Origin: Mycobacterium tuberculosis H37Rv
GTDB lineage: Bacteria > Actinomycetota > Actinomycetes > Mycobacteriales > Mycobacteriaceae
Length of the DNA: 32,000 nt
Reading direction: 5' to 3'
Assembly (NCBI RefSeq): GCF_000195955.2
Contig: NC_000962.3
Coordinates: 1,080,001 to 1,112,000, forward strand
Below are positions 1-8,496 of the stretch, one piece after another. The notes under the pieces were generated by a model, which searched no databases, was not told the DNA's origin, and saw only the letters and a program-made list of their open reading frames with translations. The position numbers were made by a program, and so were the translations under genes. Numbering within the stretch: position 1 is the first letter of the stretch; every line of letters begins with the position of its first letter.

Positions 1-1055
1 TGGGCCTGGCTACCCCCACGGCCATCATGGTCGGCACCGGCCGGGGCGCCGAACTGGGGATCCTGGTCAAGGGAGGCGAGGTGCTGGAAGCGTCGAAGAA
101 GATCGACACCGTGGTGTTCGACAAGACCGGCACCCTCACCCGCGCCCGGATGCGGGTGACCGATGTGATTGCCGGCCAGCGGCGCCAGCCTGATCAGGTG
201 CTGCGGCTCGCCGCCGCGGTCGAATCGGGCTCCGAACACCCCATCGGTGCGGCGATCGTTGCCGCTGCACACGAGCGCGGGTTGGCGATACCGGCCGCCA
301 ATGCGTTCACCGCCGTCGCCGGGCACGGGGTGCGGGCGCAGGTCAACGGCGGGCCGGTGGTGGTCGGACGGCGCAAGCTCGTCGACGAACAACATTTGGT
401 TCTGCCCGACCACCTCGCTGCGGCGGCCGTGGAGCAGGAAGAGCGCGGCCGCACCGCGGTGTTCGTCGGCCAAGACGGCCAGGTTGTGGGTGTGCTCGCG
501 GTAGCGGACACGGTCAAAGACGACGCCGCGGACGTGGTCGGTCGGCTGCACGCCATGGGGCTACAGGTAGCCATGATCACCGGCGACAACGCCCGCACGG
601 CTGCCGCGATCGCCAAGCAGGTCGGCATCGAGAAGGTGCTGGCCGAGGTGTTGCCGCAGGACAAGGTAGCTGAGGTTCGGCGGCTGCAGGACCAGGGCCG
701 GGTGGTCGCGATGGTGGGTGACGGCGTCAACGACGCGCCCGCCTTGGTACAAGCCGATCTGGGCATTGCGATCGGCACCGGTACCGACGTGGCCATCGAG
801 GCCTCCGACATCACGCTAATGTCCGGCCGGCTCGATGGTGTCGTGCGCGCGATCGAACTCTCCAGGCAGACCCTGCGCACCATCTACCAGAATCTCGGCT
901 GGGCCTTCGGCTACAACACCGCCGCGATCCCACTGGCCGCGCTGGGCGCGCTGAACCCGGTCGTGGCGGGCGCGGCGATGGGGTTCTCCTCGGTCAGCGT
1001 GGTGACCAACTCACTGCGGTTACGCCGCTTCGGCCGCGACGGCCGAACCGCATGA
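1..1055 (+). CDS. ctpV: P1B-type Cu(I)-exporting ATPase, C-terminal ~350 aa (5' end outside window)
   Basis: Frame-3 ORF open from the window edge to TGA 1053-1055. Carries the P-type ATPase motifs DKTGTLT (phosphorylation site), MITGDN and [10 protein letters not shown]. Recognised from memory as M. tuberculosis CtpV (Rv0969). Confidence 0.92.
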   Translation, partial: GLATPTAIMVGTGRGAELGILVKGGEVLEASKKIDTVVFDKTGTLTRARMRVTDVIAGQRRQPDQVLRLAAAVESGSEHPIGAAIVAAAHERGLAIPAANAFTAVAGHGVRAQVNGGPVVVGRRKLVDEQHLVLPDHLAAAAVEQEERGRTAVFVGQDGQVVGVLAVADTVKDDAADVVGRLHAMGLQVAMITGDNARTAAAIAKQVGIEKVLAEVLPQDKVAEVRRLQDQGRVVAMVGDGVNDAPALVQADLGIAIGTGTDVAIEASDITLMSGRLDGVVRAIELSRQTLRTIYQNLGWAFGYNTAAIPLAALGALNPVVAGAAMGFSSVSVVTNSLRLRRFGRDGRTA

Positions 1056-1684
1056 TCCATGACCTGATGCTTCGTTGGGTGGTTACCGGCCTGTTCGTGC
1101 TGACCGCCGCCGAATGTGGTCTGGCAATCATCGCCAAACGCCGACCGTGGACGTTGATCGTCAACCACGGGTTGCATTTCGCAATGGCCGTTGCGATGGC
1201 GGTGATGGCCTGGCCGTGGGGCGCGCGGGTTCCGACGACGGGACCTGCGGTATTTTTCTTGCTGGCGGCCGTGTGGTTTGGGGCGACGGCCGTCGTTGCG
1301 GTCCGCGGGACCGCTACGCGTGGACTGTACGGATATCACGGCTTGATGATGCTGGCCACAGCCTGGATGTATGCCGCCATGAATCCTCGTTTGCTCCCTG
1401 TCCGCTCGTGCACCGAATACGCCACCGAGCCGGATGGGTCAATGCCGGCTATGGACATGACTGCGATGAACATGCCGCCGAATAGCGGGTCACCCATCTG
1501 GTTCAGCGCGGTGAACTGGATCGGTACGGTCGGCTTCGCGGTTGCGGCGGTTTTCTGGGCATGCAGGTTTGTCATGGAGCGGCGGCAGGAGGCGACCCAG
1601 TCCAGGTTGCCGGGCAGCATAGGCCAAGCGATGATGGCGGCCGGTATGGCGATGTTGTTCTTCGCCATGCTGTTTCCGGTTTGA
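1052..1684 (+). CDS. Rv0970: integral membrane protein of unknown function, last gene of the copper operon; Met-rich loop
   Basis: 210-aa ORF whose ATG overlaps the ctpV stop (ATGA at 1052-1055). Has several hydrophobic helices and the loop [13 protein letters not shown]. Length matches my memory of Rv0970. Confidence 0.75.
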   Translation: MIHDLMLRWVVTGLFVLTAAECGLAIIAKRRPWTLIVNHGLHFAMAVAMAVMAWPWGARVPTTGPAVFFLLAAVWFGATAVVAVRGTATRGLYGYHGLMMLATAWMYAAMNPRLLPVRSCTEYATEPDGSMPAMDMTAMNMPPNSGSPIWFSAVNWIGTVGFAVAAVFWACRFVMERRQEATQSRLPGSIGQAMMAAGMAMLFFAMLFPV

Positions 1685-1774
1685 GGCAGTTCGCCGCCTG
1701 TGTGTCCGAACCGCAAGGTAATTCGGAATAGGCTGTTCCCAACCTCCTGCGTCGTAGGCGGGGGCCCGGCGGGC

Positions 1775-2584
1775 CTAGTCAGCGGCCCGCATCGTCGCCG
1801 GCTGGACCCAGCGGGGCGGACGTTTCTGCAGGAAGGCCAGCATCCCTTCGCGCGCTTCGTCGGAGACGAACAGCCTGGCCGACTCCTCGGTCAGGCGTTC
1901 GGCGTCGCGGTCGAACCCTTCGAGCACGGCGGCCGTGGTCAGCGCCTTCGACGCGGCCAGGCCTTGTGGCGAGCCGCGGCCCACGTCGGCGACCAGCGCG
2001 GCCACCGCGGCGTCCACGTCGTCGGCCGCCATGGTGATCAGTCCGATGTCGGCGGCTTCGCGGGCGCCGAACTTCTCGCCGGTCAGGTAATAGCGGGCCG
2101 CGGCGCGCGGCGAAAGCTTGGGCAGCAGCGTCAGCGAGATGATCGCCGGTGCCACCCCGATCCGTGCCTCGGTCAGCGCGAACGTGCTTTCCGGTCCGGC
2201 GACCACCATGTCGCACGCACCGACCAGGCCGAACCCGCCGGCCCGCACATGCCCGTTGATGGCGCCGACCACCGGCAGCGGCGACTCGACGATGGCGCGC
2301 AACAGCGCCGTCATTTCCCGCGCCCGCGCCACCGCCATCCGGTACGGATCACCACCACCACCGCCGGCCTCGCTGAGGTCCGCGCCGGCGCAGAACGTTC
2401 CGCCGGTATGCCCCAGCACGACCAGCCGCACCGCCGGATCTGCTTCGGCCGCACTCAGCCCTTGATGTAGTTGGCTGACCAGCGTGCTCGACAGCGCGTT
2501 GCGGTTGTGCGGAGAGTTCAGTGTCAGCCTGGCGAAGGGGCCGCCGCAGGCGGCCGGGCCAGCGTAGTCGACGGGGCTGTCCAT
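1775..2584 (-). CDS. echA7: enoyl-CoA hydratase (crotonase family); likely a methylglutaconyl/isohexenylglutaconyl-CoA hydratase type by context
   Basis: 269-aa ORF with a crotonase-fold signature (FCAGADLSEA, GHVRAGGFGL). Its ATG overlaps the fadE12 stop (TGATG, 2582-2586). Confidence 0.88.
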   Translation of the reverse strand: MDSPVDYAGPAACGGPFARLTLNSPHNRNALSSTLVSQLHQGLSAAEADPAVRLVVLGHTGGTFCAGADLSEAGGGGGDPYRMAVARAREMTALLRAIVESPLPVVGAINGHVRAGGFGLVGACDMVVAGPESTFALTEARIGVAPAIISLTLLPKLSPRAAARYYLTGEKFGAREAADIGLITMAADDVDAAVAALVADVGRGSPQGLAASKALTTAAVLEGFDRDAERLTEESARLFVSDEAREGMLAFLQKRPPRWVQPATMRAAD

Positions 2585-3750
2585 CAGTAGGACCGGGGCA
2601 GACCCAGCGATGTCTGCGCAACGAAGTTCAGCACCATCTCGCGGCTGATCGGGGCGATCCGCGCCAAGCGGGCCGAGGTCATCATCGCTGCCACGCCATA
2701 TTCCTTGGTGAGGCCGTTGCCGCCCATCGACTGTACGGCCTGATCGACCGCGCGGCTGGATGCCTCGGCCGCAGCGTATTTGGCCATGTTGGCCGCCTCG
2801 GCCGCACCGAAGTCGTCACCATGGTCGTAGAGTGTGGCGGCTTTCTGGGTCATCAGCTTGGCGAGTTCGACCTCAATGTGGCACTGCGCCAACGGATGTG
2901 CCAGGCCCTGGTGCGCGCCGATCGGGGTGGACCACACCTTGCGGGTTTTGACGTAGTCGACGGCCCTGCCGAGTGCGAACCGGCCCATGCCCACCGCGCT
3001 AGCCGCACCCATGATGCGCTCGGGGTTCAGGCCCGCGAAAAGCTGTGCGATCGCCGCGTCTTCGGCTCCAACCAGCGCATCGGCGGGTAGCCGGACGTCG
3101 TCGAGGAAAACCTGGAACTGGCGTTCGGGGCTGACCAGCTCCATCTCGATCGGGGTGTAGCTGAACCCGGGAGCGTCGGTGGGCACCACGAACAACGCGG
3201 GGCGTAGCTTGCCGGTTTTGGCTTCCTCGCTGCGGCCCACGACCAGCACCGCCTGCGCCTGGTCGATGCCAGAAATAAAGACTTTCTGGCCCTTGATGAT
3301 CCAGTCGCTGCCGTCGCGACGCGCGGTGGTGGTGATCTTGTGTGAGTTGGAGCCGGCGTCGGGCTCGGTGATGGCGAACGCCATGGTCAACGAGCCGTCG
3401 GCGATGCCCGGCAACCAGCGCTTCTTCTGATCGTCGGTGCCGAACTTGGCGATGATGGTTCCGTTGATGGCCGGTGACACCACCATCAGCAGCAGCGCCG
3501 AGCCGGCGGCGGCCATCTCCTCCATCACCAGCGACAGTTCGTACATGCCTGCGCCGCCGCCGCCGTACTCTTCGGGCAGATTCACCCCCAAAAAACCGAG
3601 TTTGCCTGCCTCGGCCCATAACTCGCTGGTGTGTTCGTGTTTGCGCGCCTTGTCCAGGTAGTACTCGTGGCCATAGTTGGCCACCCAAGAGGCCACCGCC
3701 TTGCGCAGCGCCTGACGTTCCTCGCTTTCGATAAAGCTGGTGTCTGTCAC
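2584..3750 (-). CDS. fadE12: acyl-CoA dehydrogenase
   Basis: 388-aa ORF that looks like an ACAD family member throughout. The GTG start overlaps the accA2 stop (GTGA, 3747-3750). A GAAGGAGA Shine-Dalgarno sequence lies 7-14 nt upstream, inside the accA2 3' end. Confidence 0.9.
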   Translation of the reverse strand: MTDTSFIESEERQALRKAVASWVANYGHEYYLDKARKHEHTSELWAEAGKLGFLGVNLPEEYGGGGAGMYELSLVMEEMAAAGSALLLMVVSPAINGTIIAKFGTDDQKKRWLPGIADGSLTMAFAITEPDAGSNSHKITTTARRDGSDWIIKGQKVFISGIDQAQAVLVVGRSEEAKTGKLRPALFVVPTDAPGFSYTPIEMELVSPERQFQVFLDDVRLPADALVGAEDAAIAQLFAGLNPERIMGAASAVGMGRFALGRAVDYVKTRKVWSTPIGAHQGLAHPLAQCHIEVELAKLMTQKAATLYDHGDDFGAAEAANMAKYAAAEASSRAVDQAVQSMGGNGLTKEYGVAAMMTSARLARIAPISREMVLNFVAQTSLGLPRSY

Positions 3751-5750
3751 GGTGAATCTCCTTCTGCTGGGCCATTTTGAGGTGCTTCTACTCGTGCGAG
3801 AATGGCGCCTACTTCGACCTGTTGACCCGTGTTGACGCTGACGTGGGTGAGCACGCCGTCGGCAGGCGCGGCGATGGTGTGTTCCATCTTCATGGCCTCC
3901 AGCCAGATCAACGGCTGACCGGCCGTGACCGTGTCGCCAACCTCGGCGCCGATCCGGATGACGTTGCCGGGCATGGGGGCCACCAGCGAGCCTTGCTCGA
4001 CGGCCGAGCTCGGCTCGGGGAAGCGTGACAGTGCCACCAGGTGAACGGGTCCGCGCGCCGAGTCGACGTAGACGTCGGGGCCGTGGCGGGCAACCGTGAA
4101 GCCGTGTGCGACCCCGTCCTGGGCGAGCACCACCTGGTCCACGTCAGCCGAGACCAGCTGTACCACCGGATCGCCGGGAAGCGCCAGACCCGTTCTGGTG
4201 AACCGGTATTCGACGCGGTGTTCGGTGTCCGCGTCGTCACGATAGGTCTTGACCTGATAGCCCGAGGCCAGGTTGCGCCAGCCGCTGGGAATCGAGCTGA
4301 ACACGCCCGCGCTCGCCCGATTGTGCTCGGCGTCGGCCAGCGCGGCGGCGATCGCCGACAACCGGAGGGTCGCGGTGTCGGCCAGCGGTGTCGACAACTC
4401 GGCCATGCCGTGCGTGTCGAAAAACCCGGTGTCGGTGGCGCCGTCGAGGAACGCCGGATGACGCAGCACGTTGACCAAGAGCTCACGGTTGGTGCGCAGA
4501 CCGTGCAGCCGGGCGCGTACCAGCGCATCGGCCAACACAAGCGCGGCCTGCCGGCGGGTGGCACCGTAGGAGACGACCTTGGCCAGCATTGGGTCGTAGT
4601 GGATCGACACTGTGGAACCGTCGACGATCCCGGAATCCAGCCGGATGCCGGTCCGCTGTCCCAACGAGTCGAACTGCGCCCGAACCCCCGGAACCTCAAT
4701 CGTGTGCATCACGCCTGCCTGTGGCTGCCAGCCATGCGCGGGATCCTCGGCGTAGAGGCGGGCCTCGATCGAATATCCCTGGGCGGGGGGAGGTTCGGTG
4801 TCGAGTCGCCCGCAGTCGGCAATCATGAGCTGCAGTTCGACCAGATCCAGCCCGGTGGTCTCTTCGGTGACCGGGTGCTCGACCTGTAGCCGGGTGTTCA
4901 TCTCCAGGAAGTAGAACTCACCTTCCCGGCCAGGTGAGTCATCGGCGAGGAACTCCACCGTGCCTGCCCCGGTGTAGCCGATCGCGCTGGCCGCCAGCCG
5001 GGCCGCGTCGAACAGCTTGGCCCGCATCCCCGGTACGCGTTCCACCAGCGGCGACGGTGCCTCTTCGATGATCTTCTGGTGGCGGCGCTGAATCGAGCAT
5101 TCCCGTTCCCCGACCGCCCACACGGTGCCATGGGTGTCGGCCATGACTTGCACTTCGACGTGGTGCCCGGTGGGCAGGTAGCGCTCGCAGAATACGGTCG
5201 GGTCGCCGAACGCGGATTGGGCTTCACGTCGCGCGGCTTCGACTTCGGCCGGCAGGGCCGATAATTCGTGAACCACTCGCATGCCGCGACCGCCACCGCC
5301 CGCCGACGCCTTCACCAGCACCGGCAGCTGCGCGGTGGTGACGGCGTCGGGGTCGAGTTCCTCGAGCACCGGCACCCCGGCGGCGGCCATCAGCTTCTTG
5401 GACTCGATTTTGGAGCCCATCGCGCGCACCGCGTCCACCGGTGGCCCGACCCAGGTTAGGCCGGCCTCCTGCACGGCGGCCGCGAATTCGGCGTTCTCCG
5501 AGAGGAATCCGTAGCCGGGATGCACCGCGTCGGCTCCGGCTGCCTGCGCGGCCGCGATGATCGCCTCGGCGTTCAGATAGTCGGTGGTCTGCGGCAGCCG
5601 GACCCGGGCGTCGGCCTCGGCGACATGCGGTGCCGCGGCATCCGGGTCTGTGTAGACGGCGACGGTGCCGAGCCCCAGCCGGCGGCAGGTGGCGAACACC
5701 CGCCGGGCGATCTCGCCGCGGTTAGCAACCAATACTCGAGTGATTCCCAT
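3747..5750 (-). CDS. accA2: biotin-dependent acyl-CoA carboxylase alpha subunit (biotin carboxylase + BCCP)
   Basis: Starts MGITRVLVANRGEIARR, a typical biotin carboxylase N-terminus, with an ATP-grasp core and the biotinylation motif EAMKME near the C-terminus. The 1101-aa track ORF is an artefactual upstream extension into accD2. An alternative ATG at 5756 (MLMGITR) overlaps the accD2 stop. Confidence 0.9.
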   Translation of the reverse strand: MGITRVLVANRGEIARRVFATCRRLGLGTVAVYTDPDAAAPHVAEADARVRLPQTTDYLNAEAIIAAAQAAGADAVHPGYGFLSENAEFAAAVQEAGLTWVGPPVDAVRAMGSKIESKKLMAAAGVPVLEELDPDAVTTAQLPVLVKASAGGGGRGMRVVHELSALPAEVEAARREAQSAFGDPTVFCERYLPTGHHVEVQVMADTHGTVWAVGERECSIQRRHQKIIEEAPSPLVERVPGMRAKLFDAARLAASAIGYTGAGTVEFLADDSPGREGEFYFLEMNTRLQVEHPVTEETTGLDLVELQLMIADCGRLDTEPPPAQGYSIEARLYAEDPAHGWQPQAGVMHTIEVPGVRAQFDSLGQRTGIRLDSGIVDGSTVSIHYDPMLAKVVSYGATRRQAALVLADALVRARLHGLRTNRELLVNVLRHPAFLDGATDTGFFDTHGMAELSTPLADTATLRLSAIAAALADAEHNRASAGVFSSIPSGWRNLASGYQVKTYRDDADTEHRVEYRFTRTGLALPGDPVVQLVSADVDQVVLAQDGVAHGFTVARHGPDVYVDSARGPVHLVALSRFPEPSSAVEQGSLVAPMPGNVIRIGAEVGDTVTAGQPLIWLEAMKMEHTIAAPADGVLTHVSVNTGQQVEVGAILARVEAPQNGPAEGDSP

Positions 5751-5755
5751 CAGCA

Positions 5756-7351
5756 TCACATCCGGAAGACGCCGAAGTTCGACGTCCCCTTGATCGGGCC
5801 ATTGGCGATGGCGGACAAACACATTCCCAGCACGGTGCGGGTGTCGCGCGGGTCGATCACCCCGTCGTCGTAAAGCATCCCGGACAGCACCAACGGTAGC
5901 GACTCGGCTTCGATCTGGCCCTCGACGGCGGCCCGCATCGCCGCGTCGGCGGCTTCGTCGACTTGCTGCCCGCGGGCTTCGGCTGCCGCCCGGGCCACGA
6001 TGGACAGCACGCCCGACAGCTGGGCGCCGCCCATCACCGCGGACTTGGCGCTGGGCCAGGCGAATAGGAAGCGCGGGTCGTAGGCGCGCCCGCACATGCC
6101 GTAGTGCCCGGCGCCGTAGGACGCGCCGATCAGCAGCGAGATGTGCGGGACGGTCGAGTTGGACACGGCGTTGATCATCATCGAGCCATGCTTGATCATC
6201 CCGCCTTCCTCGTAGTCCTTGCCCACCATGTAGCCGGTGGTGTTGTGTAAGAACAACAGCGGCGTGTCGGCCCGGTTGGCCAGCTGGATGAACTGGGTGG
6301 CCTTCTGTGATTCCTCGCTGAACAGCACGCCGCGGGCGTTGGCCAGGATGCCCAGCGGATAGCCGTGCAACCGAGCCCAGCCGGTCACCAGAGACGACCC
6401 GTACAGCGGCTTGAATTCGTCGAACTCGGAGCCATCGACGATGCGGGCGATCACCTCGCGCGGGTCGAATGGGATGCGCAGATCCGGGGGCACGATGCCG
6501 ATTAGCTCCTCGGCGTCGAACAGCGGCTCGGTCACCGGAGCGGGTGCGGGTCCCTGTTTGATCCAGTTCAGTCGCGCCACGATGCGGCGTCCGATGCGGA
6601 TCGCGTCGAGCTCGTCGAGCGCAAAATAGTCGGCCAAACCCGATATGCGGGCGTGCATTTCGGCGCCGCCCAGCGACTCGTCGTCGGACTCTTCGCCGGT
6701 GGCCATCTTCACTAGCGGCGGGCCGGCCAAAAACACCTTGGAGCGTTCCTTGATCATCACCACGTGATCGGACATGCCGGGGACGTAGGCACCGCCCGCG
6801 GTGGAGTTGCCGAAAACCAGCGCAATGGTCGGGATCCCGGCCGCCGACAGCCGGGTCAGGTCGCGGAACATCTGTCCGCCGGGGATGAAAATCTCTTTCT
6901 GGGTGGGCAGATCGGCCCCGCCGGATTCCACCAGCGAAATGACGGGAAGCCGGTTTTCGAAGGCGATCTGGTTGGCCCGCAGTATCTTTCGAAGCGTCCA
7001 CGGATTGCTGGTGCCGCCCTTGACCGTCGGGTCGTTGGCGACGATCATGCATTCCACGCCGCAGACCGCGCCGATGCCGGTGACCAGGCTGGCGCCGATC
7101 TGGAAGTTGCTGCCGTAGGCGGCCAGCGGGCTCAGCTCCAGGAACGGGGAGTCCGGGTCGACGAGCAGCTCGATGCGTTCCCGTGGTGTCAGGTTGCCGC
7201 GGGCGTGGTGCCGGTCGACGTATTTGGGGCCACCGCCGGCGAGCGCCTTGGCCAGTTCGGCGTTGATCTCGTCGAGCTTGCCGCTCATCGTCGCGGCCGC
7301 CTCGTCGTAGGCGGAAGCGTTCGGGTCCAGTGTGGATTGCAGCACGGTCAC
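5756..7351 (-). CDS. accD2: acyl-CoA carboxylase beta subunit (carboxyltransferase)
   Basis: Carboxyltransferase-family sequence throughout. I place the start at GTG 7351 because it forms a GTGA overlap with the fadE13 stop. GTG 7345, two codons downstream, is an equally possible start. The track ORF extends further upstream only because no stop intervenes. Confidence 0.88.
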   Translation of the reverse strand: MTVLQSTLDPNASAYDEAAATMSGKLDEINAELAKALAGGGPKYVDRHHARGNLTPRERIELLVDPDSPFLELSPLAAYGSNFQIGASLVTGIGAVCGVECMIVANDPTVKGGTSNPWTLRKILRANQIAFENRLPVISLVESGGADLPTQKEIFIPGGQMFRDLTRLSAAGIPTIALVFGNSTAGGAYVPGMSDHVVMIKERSKVFLAGPPLVKMATGEESDDESLGGAEMHARISGLADYFALDELDAIRIGRRIVARLNWIKQGPAPAPVTEPLFDAEELIGIVPPDLRIPFDPREVIARIVDGSEFDEFKPLYGSSLVTGWARLHGYPLGILANARGVLFSEESQKATQFIQLANRADTPLLFLHNTTGYMVGKDYEEGGMIKHGSMMINAVSNSTVPHISLLIGASYGAGHYGMCGRAYDPRFLFAWPSAKSAVMGGAQLSGVLSIVARAAAEARGQQVDEAADAAMRAAVEGQIEAESLPLVLSGMLYDDGVIDPRDTRTVLGMCLSAIANGPIKGTSNFGVFRM

Positions 7352-8496
7352 GATTGATACCCCAGGGTTTTGGCGGCCAAAGCGGTCAGTATTTCGGTGG
7401 TGCCGCCTCCGATACCGAGGATTCGCATGTCCCGGTATTGGCGTTCGACTTCGGATTCGGCCATGTAACCCATGCCGCCGAACAGCTGTACGGCCTGGTT
7501 GGCAACCCACTCCCCGGCCTGCACGGCGGTGTTCTTGGCGAAACACACCTGCGCGATCAGGTCGGTCTCGCCGGCGAGCTGGCGTTCCACCACATGGTGC
7601 GCATAGACCCGGGCGACGTCGATGCGGCGGGCCATCTCGGCCAGCGTGTTCTGCACCGACTGGCGTGAAATCAGCGGCCGACCGAACGTCTCGCGGTCCC
7701 GGCACCACTGCGCGGTGAGGTCCAGGCACCGCTGGGCGCTCGAATACGCCTGGGCGGCAAGGCCGATGCGCTCGGAAACAAATGCCCGGGCGATCTGGGT
7801 GAAGCCGCTGTTCTCGGCGCCCACGAGGTTAGTCGCCGGCACGGCCACGTCGGTGTAGCACAGCTCGGCGGTATCCGAGGAACGCCAGCCCATCTTGTCC
7901 AGCTTGCGGGTCACCTCAAAGCCGGGGGTGTCCTTTTCCACCACCAGCAGCGAAACCCCGGCGGCACCGGGTCCACCGGTTCGCACCGCGGTGACCACGT
8001 AGTCGGCCCGCACGCCGGAGGTGATGTAGGTCTTGGCGCCGTTGATCACGTAATGGTCGCCGTCCCGTACCGCGCTGGTCCGTAGATGCCCGACGTCGGA
8101 GCCGCCGCCGGGTTCGGTGATGGCCAGCGCGCCGATCTTCTCCCCGGCCAAGGTGGGCCGCACGTACGTGGCGATCAGCCGTTCGTCGCCGGATGCGACC
8201 ATGTGCGGTACGGCGATACCGCAGGTGAACAGGGACGCATACACCCCGCCCGGGGCGCCGGCCTGGTGCATCTCCTCGCAGATGATGACGGGGTCGGCGC
8301 CGTCACCGCCGCCACCACCGACCGCCTCGGGAAAGCCGGCGCCCAGCAGCCCGGCGGCCCCGGCGAGCCGGTGCAGGCCGCGGGGCAACTCGCCGATCCT
8401 TTCCCACTCGTCGACGTGCGGCAGGATCTCGCGCTCGGCAAAGGCGCGCACCGTTTTTCGCAGCTGTTGGCGCTCCGGTGTGGTCCAGATGTTCAC
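7348..8496 (-). CDS. fadE13: acyl-CoA dehydrogenase
   Basis: ACAD-family sequence. The GTG start (VNIWTTPERQQL) forms a GTGA overlap with the Rv0976c stop at 8493-8496. Confidence 0.88.
   Translation of the reverse strand: MNIWTTPERQQLRKTVRAFAEREILPHVDEWERIGELPRGLHRLAGAAGLLGAGFPEAVGGGGGDGADPVIICEEMHQAGAPGGVYASLFTCGIAVPHMVASGDERLIATYVRPTLAGEKIGALAITEPGGGSDVGHLRTSAVRDGDHYVINGAKTYITSGVRADYVVTAVRTGGPGAAGVSLLVVEKDTPGFEVTRKLDKMGWRSSDTAELCYTDVAVPATNLVGAENSGFTQIARAFVSERIGLAAQAYSSAQRCLDLTAQWCRDRETFGRPLISRQSVQNTLAEMARRIDVARVYAHHVVERQLAGETDLIAQVCFAKNTAVQAGEWVANQAVQLFGGMGYMAESEVERQYRDMRILGIGGGTTEILTALAAKTLGYQS

Noticed and set aside
1700..1775. Possible terminator hairpins between convergent Rv0970 and echA7 (TCCGAA...TTCGGA, and GGCCCG-G-CGGGCC).
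   Set aside because: The first has only a 6-bp A/U-containing stem with an 11-nt loop. The second has a 1-nt loop and cannot fold. Neither has a U-tract, so I do not report them as features.
5751..7052. The 1101-aa track ORF (3747-7052, minus strand) suggests a giant fused carboxylase.
   Set aside because: The upstream ~434 aa are an Arg/Pro/Gly-rich out-of-frame read-through of accD2, typical of high-G+C DNA. The biotin carboxylase clearly begins at MGITRVLVANRGEIA (ATG 5750), and accD2 occupies this DNA in another frame.
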